NCBI GenBank assembly: GCA_977020255.1
Contig: CDROCS010005249.1
Coordinates: 1-64,000 of the forward strand
Length of the DNA: 64,000 nucleotides
Origin: Obrimoposthia wandeli
Lineage: Eukaryota
Reading direction: 5' to 3'
Part shown: positions 50,576 through 61,156 of the stretch, in pieces
Layout of the letters: the number at the start of each line of letters is the position of its first letter
How positions within the stretch are numbered: position 1 is the first letter of the stretch
The notes under the pieces: model-generated
Databases searched by the model: none
What the model was told of the DNA's origin: nothing
The model's input: only the letters and a program-made list of their open reading frames with translations
Made by a program: the position numbers and the translations under genes

Positions 50576-52195
50576 CTACATTCTAAAAATACCAAACTTG
50601 GTCTCTTCGATTGGTTTGTTTAGGGCTGCGCTTAAACCTAAGGCGATTACATCTCTGGTTTGGATTGGATCAATCACACCATCATCCCAAAGTCTAGCAG
50701 AGGCAAAGTAGGGGTGACCTTGATGCTCGTAGGTTTCAATAATTGGCGCTTTAAAGGCGGCTTCCTCTTCACTTGACCAAGTTTCACCTTTACGCTCTTT
50801 ACCATCGCGGGTAACCGTAGCCATAACACCTGCAGCTTGCTCACCGCCCATTACAGAGATACGCGCATTTGGCCACATCCATAAAAAGTTAGGATTATAG
50901 GCACGTCCACACATACCATAGTTTCCAGCACCAAATGAGCCACCAATTAAGATAGTCAGTTTTGGAACTTGAGCACAAGCCACTGCATTGACAAGCTTAG
51001 CGCCGTGTTTCGCAATGCCTTCTGCTTCGTATTTTTGTCCCACCATGAATCCGGTAATGTTTTGTAAAAACAGTAATGGAATTTTTCTTTGACAGCACAG
51101 TTGAATAAAGTGAGCGCCTTTTAGCGAAGATTCGCTAAACAGCACCCCATTATTTGCAATAATACCTATTGGATTGCCATGTATGTGCGCAAACCCTGTA
51201 ACGAGTGTCGTGCCATAGTGTTTCTTGAACTCATCAAATTCAGAACCATCAACTAATCTGGCAATGACTTCACGTACATCAAAAGGCTTTCTTAAATCAG
51301 TACCGACAATGCCATATAACTCTTTGGCATCGTACAAAGGATCTTGTACTGGCTTTGTCGATTGCTCGCTATTTGCCGTAGGTTTTGCCAACGCATTAAG
51401 GCTGGCTATACAGTCGCGAGCAATACTGAGTGCGTGATTATCGTTTTGCGCCATGTAATCGGCTACGCCTGAAATTTTACAGTGTACGTCGGCACCACCT
51501 AAATCTTCAGCTGATACCACTTCACCTGTCGCCGCTTTAACTAGCGGCGGGCCTGCTAGAAAGATAGTCCCTTGCTCTTTAACAATGATCGATTCATCAG
51601 CCATAGCAGGAACATAAGCACCACCTGCGGTACACAAACCCATTACAACCGCTATTTGCGCAATGCCTTTGGCGGACATACGCGCTTGATTATAAAAAAT
51701 TCGGCCAAAGTGTTCTTTATCTGGAAACACTTGATCTTGTTGAGGTAGGTTAGCGCCGCCAGAATCTACCAAATATATACAAGGCAGATTGTTCTGTTCT
51801 GCTATTTCTTGTGCACGTAGATGCTTTTTAACCGTAAGCGGAAAGTAAGTACCGCCTTTTACTGTGGCATCGTTAGCAATAATCATGCACTTAACGCCAC
51901 TGACTTGACCAATACCTGTGATAACACCAGCGCAGGGAACATTTTCTTTATACACTTCAAAAGCCGCGAGCTGAGACAGTTCTAAAAAAGCAGTACCTGG
52001 ATCGAGTAATGCATCAACTCTGTGCCTAGGTAATAATTTACCTTTATCAATGTGACGTTGACGATAGCTTGGGCCACCACCATTTAGAACGGTAGAAATC
52101 TTGCTGTGTAAATCGTCTACTGCAAGCTGCATGTCTTCGTGGCGTTGCAAGAATTCAGCAGAGTTAGTGTTTATTTTGCTGTCTAAAATTGGCAT
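50576..52195 (-). CDS. liuB: 3-methylcrotonyl-CoA carboxylase beta subunit
   Basis: [40 protein letters not shown]. Confidence 0.95.
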   Translation of the reverse strand: MPILDSKINTNSAEFLQRHEDMQLAVDDLHSKISTVLNGGGPSYRQRHIDKGKLLPRHRVDALLDPGTAFLELSQLAAFEVYKENVPCAGVITGIGQVSGVKCMIIANDATVKGGTYFPLTVKKHLRAQEIAEQNNLPCIYLVDSGGANLPQQDQVFPDKEHFGRIFYNQARMSAKGIAQIAVVMGLCTAGGAYVPAMADESIIVKEQGTIFLAGPPLVKAATGEVVSAEDLGGADVHCKISGVADYMAQNDNHALSIARDCIASLNALAKPTANSEQSTKPVQDPLYDAKELYGIVGTDLRKPFDVREVIARLVDGSEFDEFKKHYGTTLVTGFAHIHGNPIGIIANNGVLFSESSLKGAHFIQLCCQRKIPLLFLQNITGFMVGQKYEAEGIAKHGAKLVNAVACAQVPKLTILIGGSFGAGNYGMCGRAYNPNFLWMWPNARISVMGGEQAAGVMATVTRDGKERKGETWSSEEEAAFKAPIIETYEHQGHPYFASARLWDDGVIDPIQTRDVIALGLSAALNKPIEETKFGIFRM

Positions 52196-52368
52196 GTATA
52201 TAGTTCCGTGTCAAATTCAAAGTAATGATTAATAATGCTTAGAAGCCGCTGTACTTAGTTCATTCCAACAATTGATTTAAAGGTAAAGTGGCTCTTTGTC
52301 ATACAAATATAGCAACACCAAAGCGCCAGCTTTAAAACCGCATTACCTAAAATCAAGCAAATACAAAA

Positions 52369-53535
52369 TTATTTATTTAAATACAGTTCGCGACCAATAA
52401 GCATACGTCGAATTTCTGAAGTACCCGCGCCTATTTCATAAAGCTTGGCATCGCGAAGCAATCTACCCGTTGAGAATTCATTTACATAACCGTTACCACC
52501 AAGTAGTTGAATAGCATCAAGCGATATTTTAGTTGCCATTTCCGCGGTGTACAAAATGCAACCTGCAGCATCTTTACGGGTAATTTCTCCACGCTCAGCT
52601 GCCTGCGCGCAAATATAAGTGTAAGATTTAGAAGCATTCATTAAAGTGTACATATCTGCAATTTTACCCTGCACTAATTGGAATTCACCAATCGCTTGAC
52701 CAAATTGTTCACGATCACGGATATAGGGAACACTGATATCTAATGCGGCTTGCATAATGCCTAACGGTCCTCCTGACAAGACTAAACGTTCGTAATCCAG
52801 TCCACTCATTAATACAGCGACACCACGGTTAAGCTCGCCCAAGATATTTTCTTTAGGAACAGGGCAGTCTTGAAACACTAGCTCACACGTGTTTGAGCCA
52901 CGCATGCCCAGCTTGTCTAATTTTTGCTGACGAGAAAAACCAGGGAAATCGCGCTCAACAATAAAAGCTGTAATACCCTTAGGGCCAGCCTCTATATCAG
53001 TTTTTGCGTAAATCACATAGGTATCAGCATCTGGGCCATTGGTGATCCACATCTTATTACCGTTTAATAGGTAATGATCACCGTTATCTCTCGCACTAAG
53101 CTTCATTGAAACCACATCAGACCCTGAATTAGGCTCACTCATTGCTAATGCACCAACATGATCGCCGCTGATCAATTTTGGTAGATATTTTTCTTTTTGC
53201 TCCGGGCTACCGTTGCGGTTAATTTGGTTGACACAAAGGTTAGAGTGCGCACCGTATGAAAGGCCAACAGACGCACTGGCTCTGCTTATTTCTTCCATCG
53301 CAATGACATGCGCTAAATAACCCATTTCGACACCGCCGTATTCTTCACCAGCGGTTATACCTAAAAGGCCCATGTCACCAAATTTTTTCCATAAATCCAT
53401 TGGGAATTCGTTATCTTTGTCAATCTGTGCAGCTCTTGGTGCTATCTCTTTAGCAGCAAAGTTATTTACTTGCTCGCGTAACATTCCAATTGTTTCACCG
53501 AGACCAAAATTCATCTGACTAAATTGTGCAATCAT
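52369..53535 (-). CDS. liuA: Isovaleryl-CoA dehydrogenase
   Basis: [45 protein letters not shown]. Confidence 0.96.
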   Translation of the reverse strand: MIAQFSQMNFGLGETIGMLREQVNNFAAKEIAPRAAQIDKDNEFPMDLWKKFGDMGLLGITAGEEYGGVEMGYLAHVIAMEEISRASASVGLSYGAHSNLCVNQINRNGSPEQKEKYLPKLISGDHVGALAMSEPNSGSDVVSMKLSARDNGDHYLLNGNKMWITNGPDADTYVIYAKTDIEAGPKGITAFIVERDFPGFSRQQKLDKLGMRGSNTCELVFQDCPVPKENILGELNRGVAVLMSGLDYERLVLSGGPLGIMQAALDISVPYIRDREQFGQAIGEFQLVQGKIADMYTLMNASKSYTYICAQAAERGEITRKDAAGCILYTAEMATKISLDAIQLLGGNGYVNEFSTGRLLRDAKLYEIGAGTSEIRRMLIGRELYLNK

Positions 53536-53678
53536 GGGGCTTCCTTTTTATTAATTTAAGCTTAGCTACTTTCCATTAATAACTGCGAAAGATCGACAAC
53601 TGGATCTAAGCTTGAGTAGATACAGTGATTGAAATTTGGTGTTATAGCCTTATTAGCTGGAAACTAGTTAATTGATTC

Positions 53679-53831
53679 CATTGCTGTGCAGTTTAGTTTT
53701 GGTTGCTCTCTAACTGATTGATTTTACGTTGTAGACAAAGGCAATTTAGTTGCAAAATCACCTTTTAGCTATAACAGATAACAAGAAATCAATGAGTGAG
53801 AGGGCTTGCATTTCTTAACCGGACAGTAATG
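53679..53831 (+). mobile_element. 153-bp IS4-related MITE, copy C, in the liuR-liuA spacer
   Basis: TIRs CATTGCTGTGCAGTTTAG / reverse CATTACTGTCCGGTTAAG; perfect 9-bp TSD AATTGATTC (53670-53678, 53832-53840). Confidence 0.92.
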
Positions 53832-53930
53832 AATTGATTCGCTTCATTTAAATTTATTTAAAACCTTTAAGTACTGATTAAAAGGTTTAATGAGTCGTAT
53901 TCTTATTGCTATTAATTTGGGTTACCTAAG

Positions 53931-54341
53931 TTACTCTTGTGAGTTATCAGGTGATGTTTTCAAATCATTTAACGCCTCTTCGCAGCGTTTTTGTGCGTTA
54001 TTAAGCTCTAATTGCAACATATTTATATCTTGCTGCTGCTGTTCAAGGGCAATCTTACGTTCTTCAATTTTCGCTTGTAATAGCAATAACTGCTTATACG
54101 TGCCGCCTTTGGTCGCATCCCAAAGATCAAATAGCTCTTTAATTTCGATGAGTGAAAAGCCTAGACGTTTACCACGTAATATTAATTTCAGCTGTACTCT
54201 GTCTTGGCGAGAGTAGATACGAGTCTGACCACGACGCTTAGGATTTAACAATTGGTGATCTTCGTAAAAACGTATGCTACGCGTAGTTAAATCAAATTCG
54301 GCAGCTAATTCGCTAATGCTATAAGTTATTTGATCAGGCAT
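53931..54341 (-). CDS. liuR: MerR-family regulator LiuR
   Basis: YSISELAAEFDLTTRSIRFYED...GQTRIYS.RDRV.LKLILRGKRLGFSL; heads the liu cluster. Confidence 0.93.
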   Translation of the reverse strand: MPDQITYSISELAAEFDLTTRSIRFYEDHQLLNPKRRGQTRIYSRQDRVQLKLILRGKRLGFSLIEIKELFDLWDATKGGTYKQLLLLQAKIEERKIALEQQQQDINMLQLELNNAQKRCEEALNDLKTSPDNSQE

Positions 54342-54385
54342 TTGTGGTTCACATGTTTAATATTTGAAATAACAATATAAGGGAA

Positions 54386-54403
54386 GTTTACGTAAACGTA
54401 AAG
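54386..54403. promoter_or_regulatory. LiuR operator upstream of liuR
   Basis: GTTTACGTAAACGTAAAG matches the published LiuR consensus TTTACGTwwACGTAAA (recalled), about 45 bp upstream of the ATG. Confidence 0.85.
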
Positions 54404-54726
54404 CAAATAAAAGCAGAATTTTACAAATTACATAAGAGCGCAATTACGATAATAGAGGAAAAGTAGTTGTCAGCTAGATTGTTTATTATGGGTTATCACC
54501 TTCACAAGGTTACAAATTTTATCCATAAACAACTTTATCAAAAAACCTTAAACTGTTTATTTATATAAATTTAATAGCTAGCACCTATAAAACACACTCT
54601 AAGTATAATTTGTAAAATATCTATATCGCTTTGACTCAATTAGTCAGCAATAAGATACTTCATGCTTAACTTGTGAATTAAGGCCATCTGCATTTAAGGC
54701 ATTAAGAAAAAGATAGGAGTAATGTT

Positions 54727-55536
54727 GTGTTTGCCAGTATTTATAAAAAGTATAGTATTTTGATTTGTTTAGTTTTAATGCTTGTGTCCGTCACTGTGTT
54801 AGCGACAGAATTAAGTATTTCTACTGCACAATTTCCTCCCTTTAAATATATAGATAAAAAAACATCTAAAATTATTGGTTTTGATACAGAAATTATTACG
54901 CAAGTGTTCAATTTAATGGGAATTGAGCCAAAAATCACAGTACTTCCTTTTACCCGAGCTGATAAAAAGACGCGTGAAGGTGTTTATGCAGCTTACTATA
55001 CGTTTACAAAAAATGCAGAAAGGGAGCTGTTCTACTATTATTCTGATCCAATAAGCTCTGTCCAAGATGTTATCTTTAAGTTAAAAAGCTTACCTTTAGT
55101 TTGGGAGAACTATCAAGATTTAGCGAAATATAGGTTAGGTTATGCTGAAAAATATAATTATGACGCTGCCTTTCTAGGCGCTATAACAAACAAACAGGGG
55201 ATATCTGCTGAGCATAACGAATTACAGTTGCTTAAATTATTAGCGAGAAAAAGAGTAGATATGATTGTATGCGAAATATCAGTGTGTTCTTTTATTATCC
55301 AACAAAACAAAAGTGAGCTGGGGGCAATCAATTATTTCGAAAAGCCTGTTGGTCAAACTACTGTACGGCCATTTTTTATAGCATTTTCAAGAAAGTGGCC
55401 AAACGCGAAACAACTAAGAAATAATTTCAACAGCGCCTTGCATACTTTTGCAAATAGAGCTGATAAGCCACGTAAAACTATTATTGAGAAATATGGAGCG
55501 ATATGTTCCCCATTTTTATTTCCTGAATGTCGCTAA
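54727..55536 (+). CDS. Orphan family-3 (polar amino acid type) periplasmic substrate-binding protein
   Basis: Signal peptide, FPPF, GFDTEI, LPFTRA, RVDMIV; AGGAG RBS before GTG. Confidence 0.85.
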   Translation: MFASIYKKYSILICLVLMLVSVTVLATELSISTAQFPPFKYIDKKTSKIIGFDTEIITQVFNLMGIEPKITVLPFTRADKKTREGVYAAYYTFTKNAERELFYYYSDPISSVQDVIFKLKSLPLVWENYQDLAKYRLGYAEKYNYDAAFLGAITNKQGISAEHNELQLLKLLARKRVDMIVCEISVCSFIIQQNKSELGAINYFEKPVGQTTVRPFFIAFSRKWPNAKQLRNNFNSALHTFANRADKPRKTIIEKYGAICSPFLFPECR

Positions 55537-55682
55537 TAACATTTGTCCTGCATCGTTTAACCGCAATCAAGCAAACAAGTAAAGGGAGGAAGAGGGAGTG
55601 TATTGCCTACTGTTTAAATAGGATAATACATCGAAGATTTTTGCAGATAAAATTAAGAGTAATAAGCTGCGCGATACAAATG

Positions 55683-55709
55683 AAAAAGCCCTCAACAGAT
55701 GAGGGCTTT
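55683..55709. terminator. Terminator downstream of fhs (possibly bidirectional)
   Basis: AAAGCCCTCA / TGAGGGCTTT stem with A and T tracts. Confidence 0.75.
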
Positions 55710-55747
55710 AGTCTTACGCTATAAATCTATTCAACTATAAAATATTT

Positions 55748-57418
55748 TTAGAATAAACCTTGAATCAAGCCGTCTTCATCAACGTGTATCTTGTTTGCTG
55801 CCGGTACGCGAGGTAGACCAGGCATTGTCATGATATCGCCACAGACTGCCACTACAAATTCTGCACCCGCTGCTAAACGTACTTCACGTACGTTAACAGA
55901 GTGTCCAGTAGGTGCGCCGATTAGGTTCATATCAGTAGAGAAGCTGTATTGCGTTTTAGCCATACAGATAGGTAGATCACCAAAACCTTGCTCTTCAAAT
56001 ACTTTTAACTTAGCGCGTACTGCTTTATCAGCAGCCACTTCGCTAGCACCGTAGATCTTAGTCGCAATTGCTTCAATCTTGTCGAAAAGCGGCTGATCTA
56101 AGCTATAGATAGGAGAGAACTGAGAGTTACCCGCATCAATCATTTCAACAACTTTAGTTGCTAGCTCTTCAGTACCCGCAGAACCATTAGCCCAATGGCT
56201 AGCTAGAACGGCTTCAACACCTTGCTCTTTAGTCGCTTCTTTAATCGCTTCAATTTCAGCATCTGTATCGTGAATGAACTGATTGATAGCAACAATAACC
56301 GGTACACCGAATGATTTAACATTCTGGATATGTCTAACTAAGTTAGCACAACCTTTAGCTACAGCTTCAACGTTTTCGCCTGAAAGTTCAGTTTTTGCAA
56401 CACCACCGTGCATCTTAAGTGCACGAACAGTCGCAACAATAACAGTCGCTTCAGGTTTTAGACCTGCTTTACGACATTTGATGTCGAAGAATTTTTCAGC
56501 GCCTAAATCAGCACCAAAACCTGCTTCTGTTACAACATAATCACCCAGCTTAAGCGCTGCTTTAGTTGCGATAACTGAGTTACAACCATGAGCGATGTTC
56601 GCGAAAGGGCCACCGTGGATGAAAGCAGGGTTGTTTTCAAGTGTTTGTACTAAGTTAGGATTAATTGCATCTTTTAACAATGTTGCCATTGCGCCATCTG
56701 CATCAACTTGCTTTGCAAGGATAGGCTGGCGTTCACGCGTTTCAGCAATAACGATGTTGCCAATACGGGTTTGTAAATCTTTAATATCAGTCGCTAGGCA
56801 GAAGATAGCCATGATTTCAGACGCAACTGTGATATCAAAACCATCAGTACGAGAGTAACCATTACCTGGGCCGCCCAAACCAATCGCTAATTCGCGAAGT
56901 GCACGGTCATTCATATCGATAACGCGCTTAAATGCGATACGACGGCTGTCGATACCTAAATCGTTACCCCAATGAATATGGTTATCAATTAAAGCTGCAA
57001 GTAAGTTGTGCGCTGCGCCAATTGCATGGAAATCACCGGTAAAGTGTAAGTTGATGTCTTCCATAGGTACAACTTGAGCCATACCACCACCTGCAGCACC
57101 GCCTTTCATACCAAAACATGGACCAAGACTTGGCTCACGCAAACAGATAACTGTCTGCTTACCGATGCGGTTTAAACCATCACCTAGACCAACAGTAGTA
57201 GTGGTTTTACCTTCGCCTGCTGGCGTTGGGCTAATTGCAGTTACAAGAATTAGCTTACCGTCTTTTTGATCATTTAAGCTGTTAATGTATTCAACGTTTA
57301 CTTTCGCTTTATCATGACCGTAAGGCGTAATATGCTCAACTGGAATGCCCAATTTTGCAGCAATTTCGGTAATAGGTTTTTTGTTTGCAGCTCTTGCAAT
57401 ATCGATATCTGAGTTCAC
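55748..57418 (-). CDS. fhs: Formate-tetrahydrofolate ligase
   Basis: [53 protein letters not shown]; GTG 57418 has an AAGGA RBS (ORF track start 57433). Confidence 0.97.
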   Translation of the reverse strand: MNSDIDIARAANKKPITEIAAKLGIPVEHITPYGHDKAKVNVEYINSLNDQKDGKLILVTAISPTPAGEGKTTTTVGLGDGLNRIGKQTVICLREPSLGPCFGMKGGAAGGGMAQVVPMEDINLHFTGDFHAIGAAHNLLAALIDNHIHWGNDLGIDSRRIAFKRVIDMNDRALRELAIGLGGPGNGYSRTDGFDITVASEIMAIFCLATDIKDLQTRIGNIVIAETRERQPILAKQVDADGAMATLLKDAINPNLVQTLENNPAFIHGGPFANIAHGCNSVIATKAALKLGDYVVTEAGFGADLGAEKFFDIKCRKAGLKPEATVIVATVRALKMHGGVAKTELSGENVEAVAKGCANLVRHIQNVKSFGVPVIVAINQFIHDTDAEIEAIKEATKEQGVEAVLASHWANGSAGTEELATKVVEMIDAGNSQFSPIYSLDQPLFDKIEAIATKIYGASEVAADKAVRAKLKVFEEQGFGDLPICMAKTQYSFSTDMNLIGAPTGHSVNVREVRLAAGAEFVVAVCGDIMTMPGLPRVPAANKIHVDEDGLIQGLF

Positions 57419-58129
57419 TGTTGTATCCTTCAAATTACGTGGTGTTATGGTATGACCGTTTTATTTTTCCGGTCTATTTTAAATTCTTGTATACAATAAA
57501 ACGGGCCTAACGGAAAAAATATCTCAGCAAAGCCTGCATTTAAATGGATCATAGCATTGTTCTGCATAATTAAACAAAGTTTCCTATAAGAAACTTTTGC
57601 TAATTATCGGATATTTATCCCTGATTAGCCCGTATCTATATATATTCAGTAGAAATATGCCTTATACATCTTTTTGCTAAGTACATTTCAATTTTATGAT
57701 CATTGCATTTTTCGAAATAATGCCACTTGACGAAGCACAATGTTTGTTCAAAAAAAGCTAAAGACTCTTTCATATGTAAAGGTGTATTTAATACACTTAT
57801 CCAACAGGATTAATGCTTAAAATAACCGTTTATATGCACTGAAAACCCCTTTATGAAAACTATAGAGGAATACAACGCTAATTCATCTCTAGTTTTAATT
57901 AAAATCGCATAAGAGCAATACTGTAATGCAACCGTGAAAGTAATAGCTTTCTGCAAGCGACATAAACTACATTTTATATGCATTTTATTGACCTATGTCT
58001 TACTTTCATCAATATACAAATTTTATGGAAGAACTCACTTACGTAGTGAAATTTCACAATGTAATAGAGGGAATTTTAGACACCTCTAACTCGGCATATT
58101 GACCTATAGAAACAGGCGAGTTTACTCTT

Positions 58130-58156
58130 GATGAATTACGCTACGCCTAATTCATC
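58130..58156 (+). repeat. 27-bp REP-like palindrome, copy 4
   Basis: GATGAATTACGCTACGCCTAATTCATC preceded by TTACTCTT. Confidence 0.8.
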
Positions 58157-58232
58157 TTTATTAAGCGGCTTTTATCTGCAAGTTAACGTTATACTATTAA
58201 CCCAACTAAACGCTTCAGGATTAATACCACTC

Positions 58233-59147
58233 GTGATATTTCAAAACAGTCACCTTTATTTAAAGCTATTAACACTCTCTGTTCTGTTAAGCGCTTTAAC
58301 AGCTTGCAGTCAGCTATCTATTGCAGGGGCAACGAATGCTAAAGTAAAAACACTCTTTGCCATATCGCGTACCACTTTAGATCCTATTGTGAATGAGATA
58401 TCCGGGTTAGCTAATACTCAAAGCAAATACTGGGGGATAAATGACAGTGGAGGAGAAGCGGCTTTGTATAGCTTTGATAAAAAGAGCAAACGCCTTAGCA
58501 ATGTGGTGGCTATTGAAAATGCCATCAATATAGATTGGGAGGATATGGCCCAAGACAAACAATTTATATATGTATCAGATAGCGGTAATAATTTTGCACT
58601 GCGCCAAAGTGTCGATATTTATAAGATAAGCAAAAACGAACTACTTAAAACGGGTATTAATCAAAGTATCGGTAGTGATATTTTGAATATCAGCTACGCC
58701 GATAAAGATAATTTTTTACCATTGAAATCACACAATTTTGACAGTGAAGCACTGACCTCTGTTAAGAGTAAACTCTGGCTTTTCAGTAAAAACAGAAAAG
58801 ATCAGCAAACTAAATTGTATATAATCGACAAAACTACTCGAGCGCAAACAGTAGAGCCAATTGCTAGCTATCCGGTAAACGGTTTGATTACAGGCGTAGA
58901 TTACAATCAAGATAATAATAAGTTGATCTTTCTTGGCTACTCTAAAAGTGCGGTATTTGGCCACTCATTTATTTGGGTAGTCAATGTAAAAGACGACTTA
59001 CCTGCTTGGGATAGCGCTGTTAGATATAAATTAAAACCCTATGCTCAATGGGAAGCAATAAAATGGACGTCAAATAAAGGGTTTGTCATAGCAGCTGAAA
59101 ACAGTAGATTAACGAAGCAGACTATAGCTGAATTCAAATTACCCTAA
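58233..59147 (+). CDS. Predicted lipoprotein with repeat-like, probably beta-propeller architecture; function unknown
   Basis: LTAC lipobox; EISGL, INDSG, DWEDM, SDSGNN, FDSEAL, WEAI motifs. Start uncertain (ORF track 58128 overlaps the REP). Confidence 0.72.
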   Translation: MIFQNSHLYLKLLTLSVLLSALTACSQLSIAGATNAKVKTLFAISRTTLDPIVNEISGLANTQSKYWGINDSGGEAALYSFDKKSKRLSNVVAIENAINIDWEDMAQDKQFIYVSDSGNNFALRQSVDIYKISKNELLKTGINQSIGSDILNISYADKDNFLPLKSHNFDSEALTSVKSKLWLFSKNRKDQQTKLYIIDKTTRAQTVEPIASYPVNGLITGVDYNQDNNKLIFLGYSKSAVFGHSFIWVVNVKDDLPAWDSAVRYKLKPYAQWEAIKWTSNKGFVIAAENSRLTKQTIAEFKLP

Positions 59148-59285
59148 ATACTAAAAGTAATCATATGAATAGGGCTGATGAAGCGTGTAATGACCTTTTG
59201 ATAGGGTTTTATCAATAAATCCTGTCGAAAACATCTAATCAATATGCTAATTTTATAGCTGATTGATAATAAAACACAGGGAGTA

Positions 59286-60197
59286 GTGGCAATGAAATTT
59301 AAAACGATTGGGTCAACTTTAATTGTTTGCAGCTTGTTTTCTGCACAGATTTTCTCCAAAACAATTAGCTATACTAACTATGACACGAAAGATCATCAGC
59401 CAATTTTTAACAATGATTGGAAGGTTAACGGGTATAAGGCTAAAGTCGGTTTTCATAAATCTAAATCAACATCAGCAAACCTGGTTGTCTTTAGTCCAGG
59501 CTGGGGAGGTGCTGATAAATACAAAAGCGCTTTTAAAAACATCCAATCTAAGCTTGGTAAAAGTAATCACTATGCTTATCTACACCACTCTAAATCAATT
59601 GATTTAGCAGCCAGGACCGTCAGTATATTTCAGGCAATTAAAGCGATTAAAAAGACCGGCGTATCGATTAAAAAAGTGATCGTTATTGGTGCCTCTGGTG
59701 GTGCGCAAGAAGGGATTCATACGACACACACCAAAGTAGCAAATGCTTTAGGAGAAGGTGTTAAAGTTGATGCGGTGGTTGGCTTTTATCCCAGTTGTAG
59801 AGTCAAATACAGTGACAAAACATTTAACAACGCACAAGTACTGATGTTCTTAGGTGGTAAAGATGGCACCGCTCCTGCAAAACTTTGCTATGACTTAAAG
59901 CAAAATGGCGGTTTATCACATGCGAAGATAACCGAATTCCCTAAGGCTGGTCATAGCTGGTTATTCAGCAAGTCGCAAAATGTTAATAAAACAAGAACTT
60001 GGCAAGATTGTACATTAGAGATCCAACAATCAGGTGTTTGGACAAGCGGTAATTTATCGAGCAAGGACGGTATAGATCCATTTTTAACAGCGATGGGCAA
60101 GCAATGCGCTACTAAAAAGCAATTGCTATCAGGAAGAAATAAGAAAGCTTATAAAGAAAGCATTAATGCTACGATCAACTTTGTAAACAATTTATAA
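59286..60197 (+). CDS. Secreted alpha/beta hydrolase (dienelactone hydrolase-like)
   Basis: Signal peptide; GASGG nucleophile elbow, FYPSC, GGKDG (Asp), AGHSW (His). Confidence 0.8.
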   Translation: MAMKFKTIGSTLIVCSLFSAQIFSKTISYTNYDTKDHQPIFNNDWKVNGYKAKVGFHKSKSTSANLVVFSPGWGGADKYKSAFKNIQSKLGKSNHYAYLHHSKSIDLAARTVSIFQAIKAIKKTGVSIKKVIVIGASGGAQEGIHTTHTKVANALGEGVKVDAVVGFYPSCRVKYSDKTFNNAQVLMFLGGKDGTAPAKLCYDLKQNGGLSHAKITEFPKAGHSWLFSKSQNVNKTRTWQDCTLEIQQSGVWTSGNLSSKDGIDPFLTAMGKQCATKKQLLSGRNKKAYKESINATINFVNNL

Positions 60198-60217
60198 GTC
60201 CTGTGTCGTTAAATTCT

Positions 60218-60245
60218 GCCTCTGTATTTACAGAGGCTTTTTTAT
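60218..60245 (+). terminator. Intrinsic terminator
   Basis: GCCTCTGT / ACAGAGGC stem followed by a T7 run. Confidence 0.8.
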
Positions 60246-60280
60246 GTAAAATATAAGACCAAATACAGATGTAGCTGTAA

Positions 60281-60709
60281 TTAAGGTCGTTTATCTACCA
60301 TATAAACGGCTTCGCCAGATACCACTAATTTACCGTCAACACTTACGTTTGTTGACATAGTAACGCGACCACGTCTTTGGTTTATTTCTGTAATCGTCAA
60401 CGTCGCTAATACTGTGTCATTTATAAAAATGGGCTTCCGAAATTTTAGCTCTTGTGAAAGGTAAACGCCTCCATATCCTGGTAACTTGGTTCCTGCAACT
60501 GCTGAAATCAGCGCAGCACTGAACATTCCATGTACAATACGCTGGCCAAAGTCTGTGCTTTTTGCATACTCTTCATCTAGGTGTATTGGGTTATTATCAC
60601 CGGATAAGCTTGCAAACATGTCTACATCACTTGCAGATATTTTTTTCTCTATGCTATCAGACATACCTACGTCTAAATCTTCTAAATAATAACCGTGCTT
60701 GTGAGTCAT
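60281..60709 (-). CDS. MaoC-family dehydratase (PhaJ-like (R)-specific enoyl-CoA hydratase)
   Basis: FASLSGDNNPIHLD..YA...FGQRIVHG hydratase motif. Confidence 0.9.
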   Translation of the reverse strand: MTHKHGYYLEDLDVGMSDSIEKKISASDVDMFASLSGDNNPIHLDEEYAKSTDFGQRIVHGMFSAALISAVAGTKLPGYGGVYLSQELKFRKPIFINDTVLATLTITEINQRRGRVTMSTNVSVDGKLVVSGEAVYMVDKRP

Positions 60710-61156
60710 TTAATCACCTTAAGTAAAATTTTTTATATTGTAACAGCTAAATGACAAGAGCCAAACATTGGTTTTTCTTATAATTTTTTACAATTAAGCA
60801 AGTACAACTACAACCAACTGATTATAAATAAACAGTATGAAAATAAAACCTTAGACCTGGATGATAGATTTTAAATTGCCTATTTTGTCACTGTGTTCTA
60901 TTTTTAATGAGCCATGGTAAAAAGTGCTATTAATTTACTGCTCTGTTTTGAATTTAGCTTCACTGATTTACCAATTATTATTTGTTATCCAAAACAGTGC
61001 TTACCTTTATATACAAATAAATGTTATGTTTTATTTGAATTTAAATTAAGCAGGAAATTAATCTAAAACCTGTTTTAGTTAATAGATTAATAGGGCGTTA
61101 ATAAAAACAGGAAATTAAACGTAGAATTCGCTGCGTTAAAAAGGAGATTTACCACA

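Noticed and set aside
53720-53745. TTTACGTT inside MITE copy C as a LiuR half-site
   Set aside because: The second half does not match, and similar sequence occurs in the other MITE copies far from liu genes.
57419-58127. ZTP (pfl) or THF riboswitch upstream of fhs
   Set aside because: I could not find the conserved core motifs on the minus strand by eye; an Rfam/Infernal scan would be decisive.
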